Assembly: GCA_008632985.1 (NCBI GenBank)
Contig: QPGO01000133.1
Coordinates: 124,001 to 188,000 of the forward strand
Direction: 5' to 3'
Length of the DNA: 64,000 nt
DNA from: Psammoneis japonica
Lineage: Eukaryota
Part shown: one piece after another, positions 34,228 through 48,000 of the stretch
Layout of the letters: every line of letters starts with the position of its first letter
Position numbering within the stretch: the stretch's first letter is position 1
Notes under the pieces: generated by a model
Told to the model about the DNA's origin: nothing
What the model saw: only the letters and a program-made list of their open reading frames with translations
Database searches by the model: none
Made by a program: the position numbers and the translations under genes

Positions 34228-37200
34228 CTAAGTTTGCTTGGCAGCCTCAGACGCGGCTGCATCTTCAACATTTACTAGTGCTGATTGCACCTTTGATTGG
34301 GCATCTTCCTCATCATCGCTCTTTCGACGGTTTCGAATGGCATTTAAAATAGACTCCCGCCCTTCCTCTTGCGGCATCAGGACACCGCCTAAGGACTCGC
34401 GCTCCCGGTCATATATGCTCTTGAGCCTAGAGTCGGTTGTCTTTTCGTACACGACGCCATTTGCAAAATCACTCTTGGCTTGGTCCGACGCACTATGAAG
34501 CATATCATTCACCATTAATACCAAAGACGGCCCCCTCTTTTCTTTCGGTGTTGTTTTCTTGCCTCCTTTTTTCTTGTCCTTCAGAGCCTTCCCATCATCT
34601 TTCTTATTTCCTCCACTTTCCTTTTTGCTTGGATTCTGGGCCTCTCGCTTCTTCATCGCCGCTTCGCGTCTAGCTTTGGCTTCTTCTTGGACTTTGTATT
34701 TTCTAACTGCGTCATTCAAATAAATTACAAACTGGGAAAGGATCGCAAGCAAAGATACCGCAGCACGTTCCCCACCCCCTTCCCCGCAGTACTTGGACAA
34801 CTCCTTACAAGCCGTCAGCGCGGCATCCTTTTCGGAGTCAACCTGGGCAATCATGCTCTTGGCCTCAGCTAAAAATGACTCAAGCCTCTCGATTCCCTCC
34901 TTTGGTGATCCGAAGTTTGTGGCTTCCTTTTCTTTCCCGGCTTTCACCGCTGCCTTGACTTTCCGTACAGACTCGGCTTTGATTGAATTCATCATTTTGC
35001 TCCTTGGAGAACTGACGTCTTGCTTTGCCTCGACAACTCCCGACACATATGCATCCTCAAGGTGTCCACACGTCGTAATCGCATTGAGTATTTGACCAAC
35101 GGACGATGGATTCTTTTCTTCTGATTCTGGCTTCTGCGTCGCCGCCAAGAATGCATCTCGTTTTGCAAACGTCTTTGGCTTTGCTTGTTCCTCTTTTGAC
35201 CCTTTGGCTTTGATGGCTGCCAAAAGGGCGTTACGAGGGTCAGCATCAGCCGAGTCGTTGCTCATACCAGCATCAGCGCCGAACTTTTTGCTCATGCTTC
35301 GCGTTACAGGTTTATCAGAATTATCGTTCTTCATTTTCACAAGCTCAGTCTTGCATTGGTTGAGAGCTCCCGTCATGTCTTTGGCATCTTTAATCATATC
35401 GCTCAGTGCCATTCGGCCTGCCGTTTGAACGTCTGGGAATTCGTCCGTCAGTTCCAATGTTTCGCTTTTGTTCTTTGCCATAAACGTCATGACGATGTAG
35501 TCGAGCACGGTAGTCTTTCCATCTGAGCTTTTGGTCTGCGTGAGCTTCAACAAAGAATCAAATTTAAAGCCCGCTGCTCCGCCAGTGCGAGTTCCCTCAT
35601 TCATGATGTTTCCAACCTGTAGCACCATCTCAAGGACGTCCTGCAGCTTTTCACTCTGGACGACTTGCTGGCATACTGTCTTTAGCAGCTGAAATTGTGA
35701 AATCGACTCTGATACACTATCGTTGAAAGTATCCATGGTCTGCATAACTCGAACCTTGACTTCTATACGTTTCACGTTGACCAGCTCACGAAAGAACAAT
35801 TCAGCAGGAACCAGCTTCTTGTCCGGACCCTTGTAACTTGCAATAGCTTTCATCTCTGAAGCGTTAGGAAGTAAATCGCTCATAAACTGACACCGTTCTC
35901 CTTGGATATTACGGTTCGGGTCGAGGTTGGAAATCGTCTGGGCTAGCTCTTTGTGGGTGAAGTCCTTGAATGCTTTGAGGCTGATAGCGACATTGTTGGC
36001 TCTGTTTAAATCAATCAGCTTCGCCATTTCCTCACCCGTTCCATTACCAGCCGAACCACTTCCCTTTGTTCCCTTTCCTCCTTTGGGATTGCTTTTCTTC
36101 TGGAATAATTCAACAAGCGTCGAGAAATCTTTTCGCTCTGCTTCAACCTTTCTCTTCTTATTAGCCTGCCAGACGCTGTCGTTAAGCTCTTCTCCCGATA
36201 GTGGAGTCCAATGGAGAGCGACTAACTTGCTTCCCGTGGCGCCTTTTGGCTTTGGCGCTTTGCTTGCTGGAGACGAATCGCCGAGAACGGCCGATATCAT
36301 TTTCTCACTGATCCCATCACGAACCATTTTGTGTCTCACGGCGTCCCTGGGTATGCTCATTTTCAGCATTTTGCGATACGGTTCAACAGCTTTCTCCTCA
36401 TCAGCAGTCAGTGCGTCCGTATCCTTTGCTTTTTCGGGGGCCAACACCGCGTCAATAATCCTGGTAGGGATATTCTCCTTCTCCATTCTGTGACGAACCG
36501 CATCAACAGGTACCATACGCTTCACCATTAGTCGATACTTAATCGCGACCTTTTCATCTTCGTAAGAAAGCGCCCCCGATATGTTTTGACTTCCAGAAGT
36601 AGTCTTGTCTGGACCTAGCACCGCAACGACAATCTTTGCGTCCACGCTGTCTTTCTTCATCTTGTGGCGTACAGCCTCGGCCGGCACCATCATCTTTAAC
36701 ATCTTGCGATATGGTGCAGCTACTTTCTCTTCTTCCGCAGATAAGTCCGTGGTCGCTGATGCTAGTGAGTCCTTTGAATCATTTCGATCCGGGCCAAGAA
36801 CGGCGGTAATGATCGTGGAATCGATTTTGTCCTTCGTCATTCTGTGGCGAACAGCATCGGAAGGTACCATCATTTTGAGCATTTTTCGATAGGTAGCCGC
36901 GATCTTCTCTTCTGCTTCTGAGAGACAATCTGCCTTTTTCTCCTTGGACTCGGTAGGATGAGCGTTGTCATTCATCAAAACCGAATCAACAATTTTGACG
37001 GCAACCTTGTCTTTTAACATTCGGTGGCGGACAGCTTCTGAAGGTACTCCCATCTTTAGCATTTTGTGATACGTTTCTGCAATCTTCCTTTCTTCTTCCG
37101 TCAACTTTGTACCTCCAGCATCTTCGCGTGCGGCAGCGGTACCTCCGAGTACCGACTGAATAATTTCCTCAGATACACTCTCCAGAGCCATTTTGTGGCG

Positions 37201-40200
37201 TACGGCTTCAGCAGGAACACGCATTTTGAGCATCTTCCGAAACTTTGATGCAATTGCCTCGTCTTCTTTGCTCAGTAAAGGCTCTGCCGCTTCTTCTTCC
37301 TCCGCCGAACTAGCTTCGGCTGCACCTAATACGTCGTTGATGATCTTCTCTGGAACATTTTCCGATACCATCTTGTGACGAACGGCTTCTCGTGGGACGG
37401 ATAGCTTGAGCATGTTACGGAACTTTGAAGCAACCTTTTCTTCGTCTTCGGACAACAACCTATGGTCCGAGCTGCTATCCTTGCCAGCCATCGCTTGCCG
37501 TAGGGCTTCCTCAGGCGCATTTGTCTGTCGGATTTGTCGGTAAGTCTCAAGAAGTTTCTCTTCCTCTTCGCTGAGATCTTTTGCTATTGTAGAGCGTGTT
37601 GCGTCAAGCTGCAGCGCCCTCTCTTCTAGACTGTCACCGTTTGCGTTGCTCGACGCCACAGGTTCCACCTTGTTACCTCGACCTACAGAATTTTTGGCTT
37701 GATAAAAGGCGTTGGCAAAATTGAGGCAATCCTCAGTGCTTTCGAATCCAAGAGACTTCGAGCCGCCGTTGTGGAGAGAGAGGTCCGCTCGATTTTCCGA
37801 CATGTCAAGTGTAAGGGATTCCACTTTCCGGCGATTCTGAGACCACGTAACACGAGAAGACGGGCTATCAGCTATCGACCTAACGGTCAGCAAAACCGTC
37901 TTTCCAATAACAACTGATATACTGTCGGATGCTGGCATGCCTGGCGTTGGTTGCATCTTCATAACAAACGCCTCCTTCTTTTCGCCAAACTCGTTGATAG
38001 GCAAGTCATCCAGGTCAAGCTCGTCACCGACGTTGATGAATGTTTCCTCGTCATGAATAGTCATTTCCTCTCGTGATGCCGACCATTCTAAAAAGGAAGG
38101 AGGGAAAGCTGCCAGCTTGCCTTCCTTGTCATTTCCAAGTCGAACGGGAGACGGCACGATTCCTTTACCCTTTGCGTCAGTAGGCACGTGTCTGAGCATC
38201 TTTCTGAACTCAAGATGATCTTTTTTGGAAGAGGAAGGCACGTCGATGCTATCATCCTTTGAAAGAACCGGGCGAAGAGTTACTGTGCTCCAGGGACTCC
38301 GCATTCAGATTTTGCTTGTTGTTCTCCTCTATGAGAATTTGGAAAGGGTTCTGCAAAGGAAGCAGAAGAAGCAAACATTTCCGCATTCCTCCGTTTCCTA
38401 CCAGACAACGACTGCGGGCTATCAACTTCGTTCGCATCTTCATCCGAGTCATCATCAAGAAGACTTCGTTGTCGTTCAATTGAAAATTGTGCTTCGTCGC
38501 CATCTCCCGATGCGGTTCGAAGAGCTGAAATCTCGGCATGTAACCTTGCCATTGGATTGAAGTTATCACCGTCTTTTATTTGCTGCTGCTGCTTTGCTTT
38601 TCGTTTATTTAGTGCTTCAAGCCAAGGTACGGATTTCTCCGTAGATGGAGCACACTTGAGTCACCAGACGGCCACGACTCAACAGCATTACTACCAGTTT
38701 CCATACGCTCCGTTTCCCTAGATGCCAGTTTATCGGCGTTCTTCGCCCGATACGAGGTGAGCCATGACGTCCTTTTATGGTCGTGGGGAGCTTGTTCGTC
38801 TTTGGATGCGTCAAGCTCTTTTGAATGATATTCGGTGTCGTCTTGCGGCCAATCTGGCACCGTGGACTCGGAAGGTGACGAATCTGCGTCGTTTGTTTGT
38901 AAAACGGGTGGCATAATTTTGCCCACTGAGGGTTTCCTCTGGTTCTTGCTGCTTCGTTTGGACAGACGCCGCTGAGCAAGTGCCAGATACTTTTTGTCGA
39001 AATCGATGAAGCTTTGTCTTCCGTCTTTGATTGCTCAGAAATCGTCTGGAGAGCTTTTCCCTGCTGGTCGTCGGAAGGCGAGACGGTCGAAGGCGCCCTC
39101 TTTTGTTTCATGTATTTCTTGTCATTGATCAACTGCGTCTCAGCAACGCATTCGACCTTCGAAGACGATTTCAGATAAAGATGCATGGTTGCAAGGGATT
39201 CTTTGGTCTTTTCGTCGACTGGGGCCTTCTTTACCTTCGGACGTTTCTCTCTTGGTGGAAGCTCTGAAGCATCATAGAACAGAGTTTGAAAGCTTCGCCA
39301 CAGCTACAGGGAAAGGGAAAACATGGGAGGGTTAGGCTTTGTCAAAGAAAAAATCGACGGTACTCTAGTATCAGAAAGCTGGTTTCGTACCTCATCGTGG
39401 TCACCAGCGACTTCATTTTGAAGAGAAAGCATGAACTCATCGAAGCCCTCAGCGTCGTCGTCTCCAGCTTGCGACGAGATGCTGCGTGACTCCGCTACCG
39501 ATTGTCCATCGTCTACTTCTGCACTTGTATCCACGGGTTGGACATTGAGTTTATCTGTTGACACGAAAGGGCTGCTGGATAGCGTTGGTTGCATCCGTTG
39601 CCGATTCTCGTCGGCTCGCACCTTCGTATTATCGGGAGGGATCTGCTTTGGCTTCAAGCGATCGCTTTGGACTTTACGTTCTTGGTCACACTACCTAACG
39701 CAGGTGGTGGTGCAAGTTTTGACGACTCTCTCTGATGGAATGGTGAATTGCGTACGTGCCCGGCATCACGAGGTTTGGTGGTTACATGGGCTTGTGAGGG
39801 GGCGGGATCTTCCTTCTTCGAGGGCGCGACCACTGGTTTTCTTTGGACAGCCACACGCTTAGCACTTTCATCAACCGATAGAACAGGCTGCAATTGTTCC
39901 TTCTGAATCGTAGGGACAGGCTTGCCTTTATCTAGTAGAGAGGTCTTATCGGGACTCATCGAGACGTGGTGGTTGACGTGTTGGCTACGGGCTCGACAAC
40001 CTCGTCAGGTCGGCGTGTTGGGACGGTACCTGAGTCCAAAGAGGTACGGTCCTTGGATTTGCTTGAAGCTTCCACCCGTTGTTGTTGCTTCTTTGCCTTT
40101 GCCGTAGTCAGCACCTTTAGTAGGATCGCGCTCTTGTCGGACGAATGGTAGGATGTGGCACCGGTTGATACCGTGGATTTCGTATCATAGGTGTTTGACG

Positions 40201-40999
40201 ACGGAATCGACCGGGGTTCTTCTCTGTATTCTTCCTTTACCGCTCTCTTCAACAAGGCGCGATGATCTTCCTTGGAATAATTAGCAGATGTAGAAGCGAC
40301 GGATCGTGTTGATGACACAGACGTATCCGCTGCAGCTTTTGCAGCGACTGCTTTTCGTAACATTGCACTGTGGTCCAGTCCTCCTTGTCTCTGAGATCTA
40401 TAGACAGAAGTCGAAGCGGTGGAGCGAGGAGCACCGACTCCACTACTTGTTTCGTCTCTCCTTTTGGTAGAAGCTGTCTTGAACATGCGTTTGGCATTAA
40501 GGGCACTGTTATCCTCTCTTTGCCTCTGAGATCGGTACACCGTCGTTGATGCTATCGAGCCTGGAGTACCGACACCACTGCTTGAATCATCTCTTCTATC
40601 AATAGGTTGGCTCGTGAATAATCTGTTGGCTCTATCAGAGCTTTGATCCTGTTGTTGCGGCTGAGATCTATATATTGATGTTGATACAGATGAGCTCGGA
40701 GCGGCAACCCTGTTACTTGTATCGCCTCTTCTACCAATCGTAGGGCTCTTCAAAATACTAGTTGCCTGCTTCCCTGATTGAATCTGTCTCATTTTATTAG
40801 AACGAGTTTGAAATGGTCGGCTGACGCTATCGTTGGACTGATAAGGCTCCTTTGCTCTCTTGTCGACACGTTCGTCCATGAGTTTCACCTGTCGGTCCGT
40901 CAACTGAATTTCCGCTTCTTTTTTGGTTGAAAAGTTATAGCTGTGATGGAGACGGGAAGAATCCATGCGGACGCCTCCACGACGTCTGCCCGAAGCCAT
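34228..40999 (-). CDS. Large formin (FH2) with tandem CCDC53-like helical repeats; long disordered N-terminus broken by frameshifts
   Basis: FH2 motifs LHWTPL...SVW, LIDLNRANNVAISLKAF and VGNIMNEG...AAGFKFDSLLKLTQTKSSDGKTTVLDY lie in ORF 34228..38304. Abutting same-strand ORFs up to 40999 are probably the same gene (less certain). Confidence 0.85.
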
Positions 41000-41581
41000 C
41001 CTTGTTGTATGCGAAATGCCGTGAAACTATATCGGAAACTGATGCGTGCGAAAGACTTTAACAGCGACGACACAAGACTGAAGCAGAGCTTACGGTATAT
41101 CTTATGATCGTGAATAGCGATGCAATTCAACACACACGGCGCGGTATGTTGACGATGATGTTGTTGATGCAAATAAAATCAAGTTTCGCTTCATGGGACA
41201 AGAGAGCCGTTGGCTTTTTTTGATTTTTGTGAGCGCCGAGCAACACGTAGAATTCCACGTTGGTTTCAGTATAAGAAAGACGTTTTAAAAGATGTCTCAT
41301 CGCCGGTCAAGATAATACATATTTATCATGCAACACTTAATAATTTGTATTAATATCCGTTGGAAGTTAACATATAAGGTTTTAAATATGAAAATATATA
41401 AAGTTTATACATTTATTAAAAGGAGATGAGCCAGCTTTATTTATATTTAATATATATGAAGATGTTCATAAAATTTTTGGCGCTCACAAAATTCTTCAGC
41501 CGGGTCGTCTTGCTCGTCCATGACCAAGACCACGACCCACTAGACACTAGACTACTTTTGACCGTCCGTACCACAACTGCC

Positions 41582-42609
41582 ATGGCTAATTTTGTTTCAA
41601 TGACAGAGGTACACGAGTTTTTTGGTTGCAAGGACGACCCTTCCGCCTTTGTATTGGGAAATCAAGAGGAAGCAAACTGGGGTCAAGCCATTGTCGGGCA
41701 CTTTCAAGAATTGCAGCAAACAGCACTCGACTCCGACGAGTACCGTATTCCGAATCATATTCACTTTATTTGGCTGGGAGACGAAAGGGGTCTACCGTAC
41801 CAAACCGCCGACTCGTCGTCATTATCAAGTCTGTGGAATGGACCAATGAAAACGTGGCAACGACACCACCCCGATTGGAACATACTCTGTGGACCAATGA
41901 GACTGTAGCCAGCAACATGGACTGGATCATCAATCAAGAGCCACTATTGTATGCTATGGAGAATCGACTTTATGGAATGGCGTCTGACATTCTTCGCTTG
42001 GAGATTCTTTTTCGAATGGGCGGTGTCTATGTGGATGTGGACTACATTTGCAAAGCGTCTCTTTCTGATTTTCATTGTCGCTACGACATGTACATTGGCG
42101 CCAGCAATATTCGTCGTGTCGAAATCAACAATGGTATTTGGGCAAGTCGGCCAAACCATGTTCTGGTGCTGTCGTGTATACAAGACGTATCGAAATGGTG
42201 GACGGAACGAACGGCCACACAAACTGGACTCTTGAACAGCCTTGGGTTCTTGGACGCGGCCAGTGCAGCCTCGTTACGTGCGGCATCCATTGGAACTGTT
42301 TCACCCACCGAAATTATTCAGCATACAGGACCAGGACTAGTGACTCGGATACTTGGACGAACTCTTTGCCGGCTACACAACATGGATTCAATGCAACGTG
42401 AGCCATCGGCAGACGACGAGTCCAACAGAATGATGCTTTCTACAGTCGTGGTTTTGCCCTATTATTATTTTCACCCAATCGACAATCGAACACAAGCTCA
42501 ATCGTGGCAAGAAGTCGAACAGTGTGTGGTCGGACGTGAAACTAGAGCCATTCACTTGTGGGCAGATCATGGCAGGCGTGAAGGAAGAATCCGGATCATG
42601 CTAGCTTGA
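41582..42609 (+). CDS. Glycosyltransferase family 32 (DxD, Och1/Sur1-like); frameshift ~41880
   Basis: IPNHIHFIWLG, WQRHHPDW, SDILRLEILFRMGGVYVDVD, TGPGLVT and AIHLW. Confidence 0.85.
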
Positions 42610-43189
42610 CCTTTGCCTGTATTATTTCAAAGGAAAGAAGGCCAGCAGAAGGCTTTTCCTCGTCTTCTCCTGGATAATCATCTATTTTGCTCTTTTCGAG
42701 GGATAATCGACTGGTGTAGCAACAAAAATAGTCGATGGGCTGCTCTTCCGTGTTACTGCTGTTTTCCTGTCTGTACGCGAGAGAGATTTTGGTGGTGCAT
42801 AATATTATAAATAATCCAACATCAATGCTTTGTGATACTTCAATATAATAGACTACTTGATTTTACAGATGATCCACTCCAAAGTCTTCGTCATACTGTA
42901 TAGTTGTATCATGGTGCTTTCATGGTCGTACTCATGGTCCTCATTCAAATTCGTCGGCACCCGGACACGACGAGCTCCGTAACTGTAAATCCGGGTCTTT
43001 CTACCTGGTAGGTTCCACGTGCATCGAACTGCAAATCTGCAACTTCAAGTTGGCACATGACCTGATTCGCGTATGTGGGAGTGATGTGTTCATCGGTTTT
43101 TCCCTCCAACATGCAACAAGTGCTCTTGTGGTAGCCTTTGTTGTTGCTGTTGCCATTATTTGATCCATAGCAACCAATATTTTACTACA

Positions 43190-44512
43190 ATGAAGTTTTG
43201 TTTATCAGCTGCGACACTCTTGTCGCTCTTGACTGCTTCCAGTGCGTTTTCTCCAGCAGCTCATTCATCTCATTCCACAACAACTCGTTTGGCGAGTGCC
43301 GTCGATGCGGCCGTCGAGGAGGAAGCAGCCGCTGACACGTCGACACCTCAACAAAAGGATCCACTCTTGATTCGTGCGGCTCGTGGTGAAAAGACGGAAC
43401 GGACACCGGTATGGATGATGAGACAGGCGGGTCGTCACATTGCCGAATACCGTGAATTATGCAAAGAGTATCCGACCTTTCGACAACGGTCCGAGATTCC
43501 TGAAGTGGCCGTCGAAGTGTCGTTGCAGCCCTGGAGGAATTATCAAACGGATGGATGTATTTTGTTTTCGGATATCCTTACGCCCTTTCCGGGAATGGGA
43601 GTCGAATTTACCATTGATGAAAAAGTAGGACCGCTTATGGAACCCATGCGTGATTGGGACTCGATCAAAAAGGTGAGAGATATAGATGGAGTTGCTTTTG
43701 TTTCTGCTTATTGTTAATAGTTTTTCGTTTAGTTCTAACTCACTCTATGGTATCCCCACTCTCAAACAGATGCACCTTATTGATCCATCAAAAGCCGCAC
43801 CATTTGTTGCAGAAGCGCTTCAATCACTCCGAAAGGAGGTTGGTCCCGAAACCGCCGTGCTTGGATTTGTCGGCTGTCCCTACACGCTCGCCACCTATCT
43901 AGTCGAAGGCAAGACCTCCAAGGAATACCTGAAATCAAGAAAATGGCCTTCAATGAACCCAAGTTGTTGCACGCCATTCTCAAGAATGTCGCCGAGAGCA
44001 TTGGCGAATACGCTCTCTATCAGATTGAAAACGGCGCTCAACTCATTCAAATCTTTGATTCGTGGGCCGGCCATTTGAGTCCGCGGGATTACGATGAGTT
44101 TGCCGCTCCCTACCAAAAGATGATTCTAGACAAAATCAAGGACAAGCATCCCGAAATTCCCACGGTTTGTTACATTAAACATTCGGGTGCACTTGTGGAA
44201 CGCATGGCGGCAACCGGTGTCGATGTGGTGAGTTTGGATTGGACCGTGGACATGGCCGAGGGACGGGAACGCATTGCTTCGGCGAGGGCCAAGGCGGGTC
44301 TGGAGGGACCGGGTGGAGTGCAGGGGAACCTCGATCCCGGCGTCTTGTTTGCCAACCACGATGTCATCCAGGAGCGCACGCATGAAATTCTCAAAAAGGC
44401 GGGCAACACGGGACATGTCATGAACTTGGGGCACGGTATTGAAGCGGCGACTCCGGAAGAGAATGCGAAATTCTTTATTGAGACGGTTCGTAACTATCGC
44501 CACGAGGATTAA
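43190..44512 (+). CDS. hemE: Uroporphyrinogen decarboxylase, plastid-targeted
   Basis: [33 protein letters not shown] and MNLGHGI. Presequence [22 protein letters not shown]. Intron 43673-43769; 1-bp frameshift at ~43930. Confidence 0.95.
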
Positions 44513-45006
44513 AAACTCCAAAATAGAGAGAAAATAAAAGTGCAATCAGCAAACGCCTACGTATATTCAAGTCTCAATCCATTTATTTCATGACCACAAT
44601 ACACACGATGTTTTGTCACGAGAACTCTTGGCTAAGTTTGTTCCACCCAATCAAGTCAATTACGAGTACTCCTATTCTGCTTCTTCTGTTCCGCAAAGCG
44701 GGATACAGTTCCGGCCATCCTTTTGCACATTGTGAAAGACTATCGTGCGACCTTTTTTCCGTCTTCGCCATACAAAACTCTCTTAGTACTGTACTTCTGA
44801 AAATATTTCTAGAACTAGCTCCATTTTCGCTTTAAAGCTAGTCCGTACCCCGCTGGAGGAAACCACCCATTCTTTCTCCATAAATTGCATCTGCCACGCA
44901 CAATAAGCTGCAGAACCACGCAAACTGCTACACCACTACAAACCAAGAGCTTTGAGTCGTTCGGCATTGCGAGCAACTCGCTCGGCTCTCAACTTTTCGT
45001 ATTCAC

Positions 45007-48000
45007 TCATTTCAACCTCTTCACTCTCGTCGCTGCTCTCGCCCGCATTATTGGCCCTCTTCGACGCTGCATTTCCTTGACATCCAAGACATCAAACAAT
45101 TCCAAACTCGAATCGTAGTGGTACACATTGTTTGGCAAAACAACACCTGTCGAGAGCGGCGAGTCGTTGGCCAACATGGGTTCCAACTCGGTCAAGTGTC
45201 CCGAATGGACGAGACCACGAATCACCCAACGCAGTGCTGGAATCACATAGGGTGAACGAATCTCCCACGTCACGGCTCCGGAAGTGGATGTGGGAACAAT
45301 TCGTCCAAGAAAGGGCGGAAACGAGTCATTGACAAACAATCCATAGTACTCTTCGGCAGCGCCTTCCTCTTCAGACGCATAGTCGGAAACGGTCAGTTTG
45401 TTGGCAAGTTCCTGAAACAACCTGGCAAAATAGGATTCGTGCATGGCTTCACGTGCCGTCTCAACTTGAGCACGGTCCGACACGACTCGAGAAAAGTTCT
45501 CCTTCTCGGCAGAATGGGAACGGCTTCTTGGGACAGCAGATATTCCACATTGGCCAAGGGCAAGGACGTCGCGTCCGACTTGGTAATTTCCGCATGGTCA
45601 TAGTCGTGCGCACGGGTAGATCTCCGCAACGACGCTTGTTCGGCCGCCTCGACTTGTCGCTGAAGTGCCAAGAGTTCCATGAGCTCCTTTTTCTTTTTGG
45701 CACGCTCGGCATTCTCGTTACTGCTGCTTTCGGTAGTTGCTTGTTCAGTACTACAACACGACGACACGTCCATTCCGGCGGCAGCGAAAAGGACAGTGCG
45801 TCTGATTGAATGGGCAAATCGGCAAAGGGACCACTCAGACCGGACGTTTCATTCATGATGCGTTGTAAACGAATGGGATGCTCCATGGCTCGTGTCGGTG
45901 CATCCTCCTTGCTTCTTGTCGTAGTGCCCTGGGGGCGTTTGCGCTTTTTCCTTTTACCACCAAAATCGTCATCGTCCATGTCACTCTCGTACATGTAAAT
46001 GTCCACATCGGAATCTTCGTCCACATAAATACTCTTTTTCTTCTTTGCCACACGACTCGTCTCCTCGTTCTCTTGCGATACGGTTTCCATTTTCTTCAAG
46101 ACGCTCTTTTTCAAGGAAATTGCCGTGGTATGAATCCAATCGTCGGGAGGATTAAACAAGATTGCATTGTCAAAAATCTGCACGACATCGGTTTGAAAGG
46201 GACCCTGCAACATGCGTGCGACTGGAGTAGTAGCATACACATTGGAGTTGCAGCCGGTACTTTCGAATACACGCCTTGTTCCAAATTCTTTCGCAATGTT
46301 GAAACATCCATGGGACGTTTAATGATATCAAAATACTCGGGAACATTGAGTGCAACGGGATCGACGGGATCCAAAAAGACACCGGCACGGGGATGGTTTT
46401 CCAGATACTCGACAATGGACAAGCACGCCTGGTAGGCTTGAGAGTTGGCATGATAGTCGGATTGTTCCAACTTGTAGACTTGGTCACCCACACGACACGA
46501 ATCATCCAGTGTCAGTGTCGCCCAAAATGCGTCATCATGGTCACTACTCTCTTTTTGTTGTGCCGGTGGCTTGGTATCTTGGTCCGCGTCGTCTGGTAAG
46601 ATGAGAATGCGGTGCTCCAAAACCTTGTCGTCATCACTGTTGGTAGCAAGAACCGAGTCGTAGCCCGCAATTTTGCCCTCGAGTGATGTTGGTGCATCAT
46701 GATTTTCTACTACCGACAAGAGTGAAATATTGGAGCCAACATGTTGACTGTACGGATGAAGACGAGTCGCTTCTTGCTCTTGTTGCTGCTGCAACTTGGC
46801 CGCTTCCAATCCCGCGTGGACTTGAGCTTGTGTCAAGATTGTAAAGGTCATTGTAGCTTCTTCTTCTTCTTCATGATTGGGTTGCAATACGGCACGAAAT
46901 CGCATGCGCCGTTCCACTTCACCCTTGGAAAGTAATGATTCACTATTCAAATCTCGTTCGTCTCCTCCCGAAAATGGCACGGCGGGACAATAGTCTTGAA
47001 TCTTCCACCACCGACACGTCGTATCGGATGGAAGCGTGGTCGATAAATCAACGTTTCGAGATAGGCGTGTCCTTCGATTTGCCACTCAATATCGTCGGAA
47101 ACAAAATCCTCATCATCCATGGCTTCCAAGGAACCAATTCGATCGTCACCTGCCAAGCTAATGACGGATTTGGAAATGTGAGTCAGGTGCTGCAATACCA
47201 GTCTTCTTAAGACGAGTTCGGTTTCATGAAGGTACTTGAGGTACTGAACGAGCGCTTGCAAGGATGATGATGATTGTTCCTCTTGTTCAGCACTTGTGGC
47301 TTGCCACAGTGTACCTTTTCCCATCAATTGCTGTTGCACGACTGCATCACTATCGTTCGTATGGACTTTGGTTTGTTTGATTGCATTTCGTTTCCACAAG
47401 AGCCGTCCAAGTGCGACACGCAATCGTTGAATGGGATTCACAACGTCTTCCTTTGTAATTCCTTGTAGTTCCACTAGAGATTGCGGAATAGTAGCATTGC
47501 AGATTATATTCCACAATGTTTCTTGTAATTGCTTTTGTGTCAAATTGGATTGTCCACCATAAAACAAGGTTCGTTGTTGATCGGAAGCAGCACCACGAGT
47601 TGTACGGCGTGTTGTTGTGACAGTGCTTTCTTGAAGGGACTGAGCCAATTGCAAATCGGCATTCTCTGCTTCTGCTTGGGTAGTAGTAGTAGGCTGTGAC
47701 GCTTCAGTAGCAGGCTGTGCTTCCTCTACTACTTGATCAGCTGCTTGATCTTGTGGTGCTTCAGACGTTTTGTCGTCATACTTTTCTTCTTCCTCCTTTT
47801 CTTCTTGCTCGACTTGCAGCAGCAACCACTTGGGCCACTTACAGTATCCTCCATGAATGGATTTGAAACGCCACGTGCCAAACGCCTTGGTTTCATAATG
47901 CGGCAATTCTTCTTGCAGATTCTTGAGAGACTCTTGTCGCTTCAATTCCGACTTGGTTGTGACGGCAAATTTGTATTTGGCAAACGACGTCGTTTCCAGT

